This document shows positions 24,303 through 38,717 of a stretch of DNA of 49,924 nucleotides, one piece after another (position 1 is the first letter of the stretch; each line of letters starts with the position of its first letter). The notes under the pieces were generated by a model. It ran no database searches. It was not told the origin of the DNA and worked only from the letters and a program-made list of their open reading frames with translations. The DNA comes from Conidiobolus incongruus B7586 (Eukaryota): positions 1-49,924 of the forward strand of contig JNEM01011231.1 of the NCBI GenBank assembly GCA_000697335.1. The letters run 5' to 3'. The position numbers and the translations under genes are program-made.

Positions 24303-26951
24303 TTAGATAACAAGAATGATACCATCACGATACATAATTAAGTTCTCATCCTGCATTCTTTCAAGAGCAAGCTCAGCATCTGCCCTTGTGAATTGTGGGG
24401 CACCGGATTGGCTTCGGATGAAAGATAAAACTTGATCTATGGAGATTTCAGACACTTGATGCTCGTCGATAGCTTGTCTTAATAATTCACGGAATTTCGA
24501 ATGATGCGCTTCAGGAAGCTCATAATCCATACGGTCATCGTTTGTTTCATTTGCAGGATGTGCAACTGACGTATTGGGTTGTGATTGGGGATCGGGATTG
24601 AGTGTTGTTGAGCTCTGACCATTTTGAGTAGCAAACGAGCGAGTGACGCGAGTAGTAGGACGAGGTTGATTATTACCTCCATAATAGGTATCATCAGTGT
24701 CCATCTCATCATCAGAGTCATCAGAATCAACTTCCTCTTCAACGACAGTTCCATTGGCACGGACTCTTCTTCTCTTTCCTTTAACCTTCGTCTTGGTTTC
24801 TTGAAACATAGCAAATCGCATAATTTCGTAGGCAACTTCAGCATCCTTCTTAGTAACGGAGCTGGAGAGACGTGCTTTGGCGTGAGCAGTGGACAATCTA
24901 ATGAGTGTTTCGAGGGTACGAGCAGTGACTGGAAGAGTCTTTCTGCGCGTTTCGGGAAGAGCACCATTACGAAGATCAGAGTAGAATCCTTGGATGGAAT
25001 TAGCAGCTTCGGGCGTGAGGACGGGTTGAATTTCAGTCTTAGCATAGTGAATGTATTTCTTGATAAAGGAGGATGTCAAAACATCTCTGGGCTTGACACC
25101 GTTGACAGCAGGCCCTTTACCAGGAACACCAGCATGTTCTGAGTAAACTCCTTTTACAAAAATTTCAGAAGTAGCATCTTCATCTTGCTCATTTTGGTTA
25201 TCGTCAACAAGATCGTTATAGCCTAAATAAGAATTGTAGGTTTCAAGAATAGGAGCTCCAGCGTTGACATTGGGAGGAACATATTGATGCATTTTGAGAA
25301 CATGGTCAGAAATCCTACGATCGTTTGATTCTTCAATACGGTCCAAAACAATGAACAACAAATCGAAACGAGATAGTAATGAATCAGGAAGAGCAATATT
25401 CTTGTGAGGATCTTTGGTTTCATCATATTGACCAAAAATAGGGTTAGAAGCAGCAAGGACTGAACAACGAGCATTCAAAGTAGTATGGATACCAGCTTTA
25501 GAGATAGTGACCGTTTGCTGTTCCATTACTTCGTGAATAGCAACACGATCAACATCACTCATTTTATCAAATTCATCAATACAAACAACACCTCGATCGG
25601 CCAAAACCATAGCACCTGCTTCTAATTTTCTATCACCAGTATCAGGATCGGTGGTAACAGCAGCAGTTAAACCAACACCAGATGAACCTCTACCAGTAGT
25701 AGCAACACCAAGGTTAGCCATATTTAAAACGTAGCGTAAAGTCTGAGATTTAGCAGTGGAGGGATCACCAACAAGTAAAATGTTAATATCACCACGAATG
25801 TGAGTACCATTATCTAAATTTTTTTCGACACCACCCAACAACATCAAAGCAATAGCTTTCTTGATATAGCTGTGTCCATAGACTGAAGGCATAAGAGATT
25901 GAGAAAGTAAATCAAAAATTTTACCTCTTCTGGCGATTTGTTTGATGTTTCTCTTGTCATCATCAGTTAAAACGATGGTGGAGGGAATAGAGGTAGATGA
26001 GCTGGATTTAGAACCAATGACGGAGATGTGATTGGTAATTAAAGCGGTACGAAAGGTGGCATTACCATTTTTACCACCACCCAAGGATCTGTAAACACCA
26101 GAAATGCGGACACGATCACCTGGCTTGATTTGATCAACCAAGTCATCATCAAGAAGAACTTCAACAGATCGAGGAAGCTGCCCAGGAGGGGCTCTTTCGG
26201 GCATCTCTTGAACGCTAATATTTTGATGATCTTTGTAAATTGAGAGACCATATTCAGTCATCAATAAATTATTTTCAGCATCGGTAGTAGGATAAGCAGT
26301 ACCAGTGGCACCAAGGTTAGAGCCAGACATGGTTAATTTGGTTGAATCTCTGTATTCTTTGTACATGAAAGACTTTTTTGCTTCGCAATAGTGAACACTT
26401 CTGACTACTTTGGGTCGAAAAAGGGAGCATTTGGTGACAATACCTTCTAGGGAGACCATCTTTCCTATGAATCGGGATTGTAATGAACGGGGATTGACAT
26501 GGTGATCACCAAAGCTGCCAACTAAACCGACAGAATATTGGTCATATATGTTGAATGGGAGAGCTAATGAATCGGCAGTGTTTCTAGCTACTTCTTTGAG
26601 GGCTTCTTCCAGAGCGGTAAAGTAGTTACTGGGATCTTTTAAAATTCTATGTAACTTTGGAATAAATACTTATTTTGACTAAATTTTATGTAAAAACTTA
26701 CCTGTCAGCTAACTCAGCTTTAAATACTCTAATGTGATCTAAATCAACAATTAATCTCTTTTCTTCGCTAGTCAAAAGCTTTTCAATTTGATGCAGGTAA
26801 ATTCTCTTCCCTTCCTAATAATAATATTAATTAAATTATTGAAGATTAAACTCTATTTTCTTACATCATTAGTAAAATATTCTTTAAACTGCCTTATTCT
26901 TTGAGCTTGTAATTCAACTCCTAACATTCCGTTAGAATCGTTTATATCCAT
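24303..26951 (-). CDS. MCM3: DNA replication licensing factor MCM3
   Basis: EGIVTKCSL.RPKVVRSVHY, QEMPERAPPGQLPRS, GDPSTAKSQ, IDEFDKM, LLSRFDL and TARTLETLIRLSTAHAK; two 5' introns. Confidence 0.97.
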
Positions 26952-27062
26952 TTCAGCTAATTATCTTTATCTTTATCTTTATTTTATAAACTAATATGAT
27001 CTTATCGTAAAATTATTTTTAATTAATTTAATATGCTCTTATTAAAGTTAGTTAATTGAGCT

Positions 27063-27265
27063 ATTGGAAATGATAGATATAATTGTAACTAAACTACAAG
27101 GAATTTTTTCTTTTATACCCATATTTTGTATTCGTCCAATCAAATTCGCGAAAAATTCTCATCTTTAGCCAATTGACTTTGGAGTTGGAATTGGTCACGA
27201 AATTAGCCAATAACTGATGCCCTTTAAGAAATTGATTTCTTTGTTTTGAATGTTTCTGAGCCAAT
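27063..27265. promoter_or_regulatory. MCM3 upstream cluster of SCB/E2F-like sites and CCAAT boxes
   Basis: CGCGAAA 27147-27153 and CACGAAA 27196-27202; CCAAT/ATTGG at 27063, 27136, 27169, 27190, 27207 and 27261. Confidence 0.55.
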
Positions 27266-27607
27266 CAAAATCTTTGTGAGAATATTCAGCCATAACAATA
27301 AATAATGCTGATGTATGAATTAAAATTTTGAGCTTCGTTTGCTCAAATATATTTTGAAATTGCTCAACTATTTTGACCAAAGTGTAAATAATCTATTAAC
27401 ACATTATAGCAAGAATCCAATAAAAATTAATTGATCTGGAAGGATATACTTTATCATTTATAATAGTTTATGATATTGATTGTATCATTTGTATCAAATG
27501 AAAAATATAACCAGCACCAATCATATCAATATTAACACATTAAAAGTTAAAAAATAAATTAGTTGTTCTAATGGAAAATATAGATGAAAAGAATCCAAAT
27601 TGACTTT

Positions 27608-27680
27608 TGGAGAATTGGTATATCGATCCCCGTGCATCTCGCATGCTAAGCGAGGACTCTACCATCTGAGATAATTCCCC
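27608..27680 (-). tRNA. tRNA-Ala(AGC), probably a pseudogene
   Basis: Acceptor GGGGAAT/ATTCTCC with G3:U70, anticodon arm CTCGC-TT-AGC-AT-GCGAG and Ala-type GGATCGAT T-loop. The D-stem (TCTC/GAGT) and T-stem (CGGGG/TACCA) are mismatched. Confidence 0.8.
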
Positions 27681-27691
27681 ATTTTAGGGTT

Positions 27692-28224
27692 TGTGACAAT
27701 TGTTGTCTGATTGATACCTTTTCTCACTCAAAATCACTATCAAGTCCCCAAACAATCTAATCAGATCATATTAACATTCTACCAGCCCCACGGCCAAGTG
27801 GGCTCATTATTACTCAATCGTTGCATACTCATGTCAACATTTTTCACTTAATTCTAAGTAGGTCTTTCTCTCTCTTCTTTTTACAAATAAACCTTTCCCT
27901 GCTTCCAAAAACTACTCTCTTAGTATATTCAAGTAATCACCTATAGCTCCACTTGAGTCAACTTCCATTATTCACTCTACACTAGTTCCTATTGATATCT
28001 TGTGATTCTGTCTCCCTAGAATGCCAGATCCTCACACCGCCACTGTTGCTACTGATCTAATCCCTCTTTTCAGCGCCCCGTTTACAAGTGATCATGGCTG
28101 GATAGCCAGAGAACTGATCATCGGTAATCTATCCCAGTTTGCAGGTGCCATGCTTCACAACCTGACCTACCCAATGGCTTTGTCAGTATCCTCGGTGACT
28201 CTTTAAGAGCTAATAACCGCGACA
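27692..28224 (+). mobile_element. Putative solo LTR (533 bp) inserted 11 bp upstream of tRNA-Ala
   Basis: GC-richer block bounded by TGT...ACA and flanked by a near-perfect 5-bp direct repeat, GGGTT (27687-27691) and AGGTT (28225-28229); internal AATAAA near 27886. Confidence 0.65.
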
Positions 28225-29558
28225 AGGTTGTAATATTCTAAATCAATTATCAAAAATAAATGATTCCCAAATATATCAATATATTAATTTATTTAAATAC
28301 AACTTAATATTACATAATCTTCATTAGAAATTTATTATAACTGTATTTCAATTTTTTAAATTTTTTCTTTTGATATAATAATTTGATTTTAAAATTGTCT
28401 ATTAACAAACTAATTCATATTTTGCTATTTGATGAGATTTTAAAATTATAACCTTTTCGATGATTGTGCCCAGTCATAATGCCTATAATGTAATTTCTGA
28501 TCCAAACTCAATTAATAATATAAAATATTTATCTTCATTGAATTATAGACAAAATGGGTATATATATTACTAATCAATTTATTGACTAGAAAATTTCTAA
28601 ATTTAGTGCAAAATGCATGAATTATAAAATCAAAATATATACAAATTTGATTGATCTAAATTTATATAATGACTTGAATCTATATTCAATAACTATAATC
28701 ATAGTATAAATGCATGTTAAATATTAAATATAAAATAGATCAAAGTGACGACATATATTATATATTTGAAAACAAGGATTTGCAAAACTATATCTATCGA
28801 CTGTATGGTGATATTTATATTATACTATTTCAATAGTAATAATTTAGAATATGATTTTTATATAAGATCTTTATATAGATGAATACTATAATATATCCAA
28901 TCAACTAATTATTTTGGAATATAACAAAATTATAATTTATTGCAATATTAAAGAGAATATACTATATAATTTTAAACCACTGAAAAATAGATAGAAAATC
29001 ATATACTCATGATTTTTTATTACTTATTTTAATTTGTTGAACAATATATAGAATTCTATTTTGAAATATTTTATCGGCTGTATTTTAATTAATTTGGTCA
29101 GCCTAATATCTTATCAAAACATTATTTTAAAATATGTTCAACAATATACAAATATATTATTTTACTCTTTATTTTTTATTATGATCATAAGTAATTTTAA
29201 CTATTACCAGTTCATCAAAATTTTTAAATATATATTGATCTTGTTTATTAGGAATATTTTATATCAAATTGTAAACAACTTAGATATATATATCATTCAT
29301 ATCCAGATTTATTTAAGATTCTTAAATAATAAATAAAATTCATATTATTTAATTTCTATTTTAGTTTAAACTACTAACTTAATCATTTATTGAACAAATA
29401 TATTCTAAATTATATCAAAATTTATGAAGCTTGCAACTTCTAAATTTGACACATGATGACAAAAATTGAAAATCAGAATAAATTTATAATTAATTCACGC
29501 TATAGGAAATTGGACATAAACTATAATATCTAGTATAAGAGGCCTTTAATTATTCCAA

Positions 29559-29993
29559 ATGCATCACTGTTATCACTCAATAATTTTGAACTTCAATACC
29601 GAATGTTATAACGACTATACTGCGATGCAGATGAATCACTCTCAATTACTATATACCAAATTAACTCAGGATTTAATTAATACTGTCACTTATTTGATAT
29701 ATAACTCTCCTATATTTTTATTAGGGTAATTTCGATATTATTCTTTTGTCTAATGACTAACACACTATAGTGTCACAACGCTTCTAACATTCTTTTTCGT
29801 CGAAGATTTCAAATTTTTACTCCAGTTTGAACGTTTATTACATTATTTGGGTTTGGGAACGAATTTACCTTGGTCTTGGGTGTATTACACTATGACAGCA
29901 GTATTCATCTTTACCTTTGTAGAGTTAGGTATTTGTGTGTACTTCGATTGGGAGTTTATTTCTAAAAAGTTGGGTAAAATACGTATTTTGTAA
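29559..29993 (+). CDS. Hypothetical 129-aa membrane protein, 2 exons (not in the ORF track)
   Basis: A 45-nt intron 29726-29770 (GTAATT..ACTAAC..TAG) joins two open frames in phase. Hydrophobic segments PIFLLGVTTLLTFFFV and WVYYTMTAVFIFTFVELGICVYF. Confidence 0.55.
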
Positions 29994-30832
29994 TTTTACT
30001 ATTTCAAAGCGATATCTCTAGGTTAGGCTATTGATTCTTTGTACTTGTATCATTTTAATATATAACGTTTTTAATTTTTAACTCATATTGTGTATATATC
30101 GATTTGAAAGTGTTTCTTACCATATGATATATATCGAGTACAGTTTCAATCTCTTTATACTTGAAGCACTTTTATATAACATTCAAACTATATTAATAAA
30201 TTTAGTTTGTTTGTTCTTTCCTTGATTACATAATTTGACGAATATTCCAGTTCACTAATATATACTATTCAACACTAAAATTTTCACAAATATTATTTAA
30301 ATAAATTAATATCCGTCCATTGGCAAATATATATTTTCTCAAGTTTACATTCAGCTTGCTAAATTCATTCTCTTGATTTAGATATTAAAATGACTTAATG
30401 CTGATTCTTTATTATTTAAATCATTTATTCTGAAATAATAGTTAGAATGGGATTATCGTAATTAACTTGATAATTGATTTTTCTCTATTAAAATGATTGC
30501 CTCAAAATCATTAACTACTTTTTAATATATTTTGGTTTATTCAAATACGCCAAATAATTCAATGCTCAGTATTTCCAAAAAATTAGCAAGATAATATAAA
30601 AATCAAATTAAAATTGTTATTATATATAGTTGAAATCTACAGTTCATGGCTTAAATAACATTATTTGATATTTATTAAATATTTATATGATTAAAATATA
30701 ACAATAATGATTTTATTATGGTTAATATAGATTTTAAAGGTTGAAAAGAATATGATATATTAACACGGAAAGTTAATGATATTGGTAATTTTGATCATGT
30801 TGAAATATAATCAATCATGAATGGTATCTTAA

Positions 30833-32299
30833 CTATTCGGGTTTGGGACGGTGAGTATCGACTGCGTGGATATCAGCCTTAAATCTATCTTCTTTCGTTC
30901 CATAAGCCATAGGTGTTAATTTGATAAGTGTATGAAGAGGAATCTTGAGGTAGGGTAATTCTTCTTGATTGTAATTCATGAAGTAAGCGTAGATACATCT
31001 CAAGATGGCTTGATGACCAACGATAAGAATATTTCCTTGACGTTCAAGCTCCATGATGACGGGTTCAAGACGCAATACAACATCCTTGTAAGATTCACCC
31101 CCACGGTAACGATAGTTATATTTGTCATGATCTCTATTCATGAAATCCTCAGGGTACATTTGTTCAATTTCTTCGTAAGTCATACCATCACAAACCCCAG
31201 CATCCAATTCATCCAAGGCTTTCCATTGCAATTGAGGATAATCAAGGTTCTTAGCTGTGGCAATTGTACGACGAGCTGTGGATGTCCATACCTTGATCTT
31301 CTGTTTACCCAATTGAGCTTTTAAAAGCTCTGGTAAGACTTCAGCATATTGTAAACCACGAGGTGAGAGATCAGAATCACCACCAATTTTACCTTCAACG
31401 TTGAATATGCTTTCACCATGACGTGAGAGATAGATAGCTCTGGGGACAATATGTAAATTCATAAGATAATAAACAATCCTGGATTCGAGATAGCCTCTAA
31501 TTTTGTTGACAACCACTTTAGATCCAACGTTAATCAATTTAATGAATGTCAAATCCAAATCAGTAATAGTTTCATATGCAGATTCATAATGAGCTATCCT
31601 CGTTTGGAAATCTTCAACTACTTCTTTACCCTCTTTAACGTCCTTATAATCTGGAGATCCTGTCTTAACAGCCATAATATTCTGCAATACGATATTTTGA
31701 TCGTCACAAATACTCTCAATAAACATCACTTGAATACCCTCCTTCTCGCACTGTTCAGTAAGGTACTTACGACGAGAATTAGTAGAGTTAGTAGCATCGT
31801 AAAGAGCTAAACCACCGTCTTCCTCTTTAAACCAACGGAACATGTCTTCCAAAGCCATACGGGCAGCAGCAAAGCGTTGTTCGGTAGTTTCTTCGTTATG
31901 GGGATCGAAGAAGGAGTGGGGGACGTGAGCTCCCCATAATTCACGACGATAGTTACCTACATTAAACACTTTGGACTTAACACCTAACCAATTCATATAT
32001 CTGACAACTATAATAATAAATAAAAGGTGAATAAAAGTGAGTAATCAGTGTTATGAATGAAATGTACCTTTTTGAGCGATATAAGTCTTTCCTCTAGCCG
32101 GTAACCCAACCAACTAAAATAAGTTGAAATCAATTTTTTCAATAGCAATAACTGTCAGTTAATTTACTTACTACACATGCTAATTTAACATGACCTAGAT
32201 TATCAATCAAAATTATTTGTAATGATTAGAATTAGATCATCTATACCCATTGTAATAAAACTTACCACCAACTGATACAGTTTTCATATTTTGAGTCAT
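30833..32299 (-). CDS. FBP26: 6-phosphofructo-2-kinase/fructose-2,6-bisphosphatase (Fbp26-like)
   Basis: Three small 5' exons supply LVGLPARGKTYI; VFNVGNYRR, DATN, the SRHGES phosphatase motif, GESYKD and GHQA follow. Confidence 0.93.
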
Positions 32300-33380
32300 A
32301 AAAAGATATTAATCAATAATAAATATATAAATAATAAAAGTGATAAATATTAAATGTAAGAATAAAAATAATGTATTATATCAATTTCAATTAACTTGAT
32401 AAAAAAGGTACCAGATTACTCTTGAATTCGTTCATTAAAATAAAACTGGGAAATAAAATTGAAAATGGTGTTGTGAATCTCCACAATTCATGATTATTTA
32501 GTGTTAAATATTTCCTAAGATTAATAATAAAAATTTACGGGAATTCACGGAGTTAAAAAGATTCAGAATAACTAGTGTTTTGACTTAAAATAATTAATAG
32601 AATTTTGCTTATTTTAGTAATATTCATTTTTTTTATAAATTTATGAAACCATTTTCTTTGTAATTAAAAGGTGCTCATAAATTTAATGTTAAATTCAAGA
32701 ATGATGTCATATCTTCAAATGTTGGTTAGTATTAATATAAATAAATTTATTGATATCTGTTAAAAAAAATAAAATGATGTTATTTTAATATAATTTTATA
32801 GTAAAAAATATTTTTGAGAATATAATAAGAATTAAAATTGTTTAATCTCAGAATACTTATATTAAATTTGACAAATATAGCTAATCACCATTTTGATGAA
32901 ATAGACTATCATCTTAACAGCACTTAAAATCTCTATAATTATTCAATTTAATACATAGGTTATTTGCTAAGTTTATATAGATATCGTCACTTTTTAAGCT
33001 ATATCTAATTAAACAAGCCCTCAGATTTCTGCAAAGTAAGCTTGAAATTTAATTAAACTACTTATTACACAAGTCAAGGATATCTTACCACAATGTTCTA
33101 CTTTTTACCCTCAATAATTCATCACCATTTGTAGTGTTTATGACCAATTCTAAAGTTTAACACAACTATTATTTAGCAATATAGAATCCAAGTTTAAAGA
33201 TATTCCAACACCTCAAACTTATTAAAATAATAAATTTAAGTTAGAATTATAAATTTATTAATACAAGTATGAATTAAAACCCATTATATCTAATCTGAAT
33301 TATTTAAATATAAATTTTATCCGACCGAACTTTTAAAACGTCATCAAATTCAAAAAATTTAATAATTAGTTGAATTCAAT

Positions 33381-33883
33381 ATGTCACTGGTAATGAAGAA
33401 TATCATATGTAACTAATATAAATAAATTAATATTATGCTTAGAAACAAAATTTAGATGATTACAGAATTCAACAACTCAAAGAAGTGTTTTTACAATTCG
33501 ACAAAGATCAGAATAACACTATAGACAAGTCAGAACTCAAGCGACTATTGCGTCAATTGGGTAAATCTTCTAAGCAGTCTACAATTGATAAGTTATTATG
33601 CGATGTGGCTCCAGAAGATCGCAATCATATTACCTTGGATACTTTCTTGTTTATTGCGCCTAAACTCTTCGATGGAGAACCTTCCAATTATAGCGAGGTG
33701 TTTGACGAATTTGACACGGATGGCGATGGCTACCTATCCAAGGATGAACTGATCCAAGCCTTGAAGAATGTGGCACAGTTTACAGACTCCGAATTATCTA
33801 AGATCTTCAGCGAGCTGGATTTGAATCAAGATGGTAAAATCTCAAGAGCTGAGTTTGAGAGTATGGGCAGAAAATTAAATTAG
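33381..33883 (+). CDS. Calmodulin-like EF-hand protein
   Basis: EF loops DKDQNNTIDKSE, DTDGDGYLSKDE and DLNQDGKISRAE; 9-nt first exon (33381-33389). Too divergent to be canonical calmodulin. Confidence 0.88.
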
Positions 33884-36521
33884 TTGTGAATTATGAGTAA
33901 TGATATATTAAAAATGTATTAATATCAATCTTGACATCATATAACTATTTATTGAGACTGGTGATTTTCACTTTATTAATTTAATAAGAACATAATATGT
34001 AATATACAGCATTCAAAATATGATAAAAACGATCCTGTGAATTGATTAAATATAAAAGAATTTGCTTATTTCAATTAATAAACAAATTATAAAAAATAAT
34101 ACAATATAAATATTAATTGATCCTTTGAATTTCTCAATAATGCTTCGTAACCCCAATATGTATATTATCTTTAACGTTCACATAGGATGCTATATTATCA
34201 TTACCAACTATCAAGTCCTGTAGTTTGGAATAGGCGAAATTACAACAGTACGTCATTTTCCAAGTTGCAGTATCAAAATCCATTACCCAGTTAGCAGGCT
34301 AAGAATTACAATTTGAATAGTCCATATCTGCTAAATGTTTTTATGATTGTTAATATTCAGCATTTCAGCGAATTGATTTTATTTATAACATTACAATTAG
34401 TTACTGTTCGCTATTAAGATAATTTTATACTTTTTACAAAGTTTTATAAGTTTCAATATGCATAGTTATGCCGATTCAAATAAAGAAATTAATGCTTGTT
34501 TACATCTGGTTGCCCAAGAGAAGTCAAGTTGTCAATAATTTTAAATCAATTATCTGTAACTGATAAAATGTCAAATAACTTGATATATTTCTAATAAATA
34601 ATTTATTTTCAAGTTTATCAAATGTAAATTGAAACCAATTTCAAATATTGTATAATAATTTGTCATTGAAGTTGATTTTTTGATATTTGAATGTTTTATT
34701 GTTTTGTTTGAAATTCGTAGTTTTATACGGTTTGGAAGTTTTATTTTCTTGTGAAATTGATCTAAATAATACGCAAAAATAATGATAGTATTAAAATGTT
34801 GCAAATCAATAGATCTATGCTATTTTTTGACTAAACTGATTAATTAATCAAAAATGTTAAATTACAATATATATATTAATTTATGAATTATAAATTTTAT
34901 TTAAAATGGTGTAAACATTTATATTTAATTATAAATATTAATCTTTTTTAATATAATTTCCTTAATTCATTGTTGCAACCATAATGATATTTTAATTATT
35001 TGCATTGAATCTGGAATTGGTTATTTGTATTATTTTTTTAAAGATCAGGATAATAATAAATTCTTTTCACACTGTCCATTTTTGGTTAAATCCTACTTGC
35101 TACATTCGATATGAAATCTAACCAGAAAATACTGATTTCATTGACCATAGTTCAAGAACATTGAATTTTGAAATCACATATAAGTCTACATATGATAAAA
35201 AACCATTAAAGATACTTGAATCTAATATTTTGTGATTATAAATATGAAATCATGAGACCAAGTAGGGTTAATTCAAAGACTTGAACAGAACAAAGAATGT
35301 ATATCTACGAGTTAGTTAAAGTTTTTCAATAACATTATTTCTCTTTTAAACGAGTATGTTTTATAAATTGCATTTTGCAATTTTTTATTTATTATATATA
35401 ATTACGATTTGTATATTTTTATAATTATAGTCAAAATCCCGTACAGTTCGTATTGATTTTCTCCAATCATTCGCACTATAATTGGGTGAGTATTATGATG
35501 AACATTGGGAATGAAATTTTCCTGTATTAAAAATATAATAACATGATAATATATTATTAAAATGAGAGTGCTTCTTAAATTATAAAACTGATAACAGGAG
35601 ATAATAATCTAATAAAATTCAAATTAATATTTGATTTACAACTATGATTTAAGGAATTTGAATTAGCAAAAAATATTGAATGATTGCTTGGTATTTGGTT
35701 TTAGTATGAATATTTGGAATGTTATATATATTAAAATGATTGCATCATAATCATTATTACAATGGTAATCGAATTTTTACAAAAATATATAAATTAATAC
35801 TATTCAATAACCTTATATTTTTCTCTGTATTTGCTTATAATTTTGCTTGAATATTATATTATTCATTTAGTTAATTCTAATTATTGATTTATATATTTTT
35901 ATATATAATTAATATTTTGATTGAATTTATAGATTTTATAAATTAAAATAACATACCAAATATTATATAAATAAATAGCTGAGTCTAATGGTGGTAATTG
36001 TATTCAGGATTTTATTTTGAATCATCGTATCAATATAAATAAGAGTAAAATCAATTTACTATAGAAATAATACATTGAATCTAAATCGGTAAAAAATATC
36101 AATTTAAATTCTTTATTGATTCAAACTTGATACAAATTATTTAGAAAATCATATTCATATAATGACTGTCCATCTTTATGTTTATAATATTAACTTCAAA
36201 TTATTTAACAAGTTTAAAATAACACTGATAGTTAAATGTATTTCGATTTCTATATATTGTTTTAGGTAATTTTTTAATAACTATATTTCTGAGTCATTTG
36301 AATAGTTACAATTTGATTGAATTTAATTCATTTAATATAAAAAGTACATGATAAATATGAAAAGAAATATCTTTTATGAGTTTAAATAGTATATTTATAA
36401 AAACTTTCAAGCGCATAAAGATAACCAATATACAAAGTTTAAACTAAAAAATTCAAATAAATATTAAATTTCACAATCCCATAATCTTGGTTTAATTTAA
36501 TATAAACACTATTGATTTAGA

Positions 36522-37494
<973 letters not shown>

Positions 37495-37808
37495 AGTATA
37501 TAATATCATAATTAAGAAGAATTGGAATAAAATAATTATAATAATATTGATCAATTTTGAAAATATATAATCCATTACAAAAATAGTAAATTAATGCAAA
37601 CCATTATTTTTGAATTATATGTTCAAATATGCATAATCAATGAAAATATGTAATTAATTGACTGTTTATATTTAATTGTACCAATTCTGTTAAACAAAAA
37701 CCATAAATTATTTACCATTTAAATTTAGTTTAAATCATATTAAAAATTGATAAATTTAGATTGACATCATATTCATAATAATCAACATTGTATAATTTTT
37801 ATTAATAC

Positions 37809-38717
37809 ATGGATTTTAGTAATATAATCTCAAGTACACCTAGTCCATCCAGTTTAAGATGGTTTGCAGAGTTAGAGGACGGTCAATGTAGTCCCGAATT
37901 TAACAGAGCAAATCCTAATATCTTTTCACAAAGGATAGCAACAGCATCTGTCAATAAGAAGAAGAACAGATATATGGATATTTTAGCTTACGACTGCACT
38001 CGTGTCAAGTTAAACGGTTCTGAAAATGTCGAAGACTATATCAACGCCAATTTCGTCCAATATCCCAATATCGCTAGATATATCGCAGCTCAGGCACCTC
38101 TTCCCAATACGCTAGGCGACTTTTGGCAAATGGTTTGGGAGCAACAGGTCCCCGCAATCGTCGTTTTAACAAAGGAACAAGAAGGATATAAGTTAAAGTA
38201 TCATCCCTACTGCCCACTTCCCACCCAACCTTTATTATTTACCCAACATAATATCAAAGTAGAATGCGATGTTGCTTACACGTCACCCACTTCACGAAGC
38301 ATCCAATATCGTAGATATATCATCAGTCGCCCCAATTCCAACGAACCACCAAGGACTGTGATCCAGCTGAAATTTGAAGAGTGGCCGGACCACGGTACCC
38401 CCAACGAGCTCGAGCCCTTCGTCGAACTTTTAGAGAGTTCTCGACGTGTTCAATCTGAATCGGAATTCAAGGGACCTCTCGTCGTCCACTGCAGTGCAGG
38501 CTGCGGACGTACTGGAACCTTCTGCGTCATTGATACTGTCTTAAAGCTATTACCTCATTGGACCCAAGAACAACAAAGTTCTGAAGGTGATATCATTCGA
38601 CATGTTGTGCACACTTATCGTCAGCAAAGACCTTATTTTGTCCAAACTTCATCCCAGTTCAAATTCTTGTATTTTGCCATCTATCAAATTGTCCATAAAT
38701 TTAAACAATTGTTATAA
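37809..38717 (+). CDS. Classical protein tyrosine phosphatase (Ptp1/Pyp-like)
   Basis: KNRYMDI, DYINAN, DFWQMVWE, WPDHG, VHCSAGCGRTG and the Q-loop VQTSSQF. Confidence 0.95.
   Translation: MDFSNIISSTPSPSSLRWFAELEDGQCSPEFNRANPNIFSQRIATASVNKKKNRYMDILAYDCTRVKLNGSENVEDYINANFVQYPNIARYIAAQAPLPNTLGDFWQMVWEQQVPAIVVLTKEQEGYKLKYHPYCPLPTQPLLFTQHNIKVECDVAYTSPTSRSIQYRRYIISRPNSNEPPRTVIQLKFEEWPDHGTPNELEPFVELLESSRRVQSESEFKGPLVVHCSAGCGRTGTFCVIDTVLKLLPHWTQEQQSSEGDIIRHVVHTYRQQRPYFVQTSSQFKFLYFAIYQIVHKFKQLL

Noticed and set aside
24479..25474. Overlapping and antisense ORFs within MCM3 (24479-25045, 24624-25142, 25223-25474; also 26039-26251)
   Set aside because: Shadow frames of a codon-biased gene; no motifs.
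28021..28206. 61-aa ORF MPDPHTAT...
   Set aside because: Lies inside the putative solo LTR; no recognisable domain.
29061..29336. Ile/Phe/Asn/Tyr-rich ORFs (also 13494-13733, 34571-34804, 41999-42196, 27195-27380)
   Set aside because: Composition expected from AT-rich non-coding DNA; non-ATG starts.
30965..31810. Antisense ORFs inside PFK2/FBPase2 (similar ones in the kinase, BMT5 and RPC1)
   Set aside because: Antisense shadows of real coding sequence.
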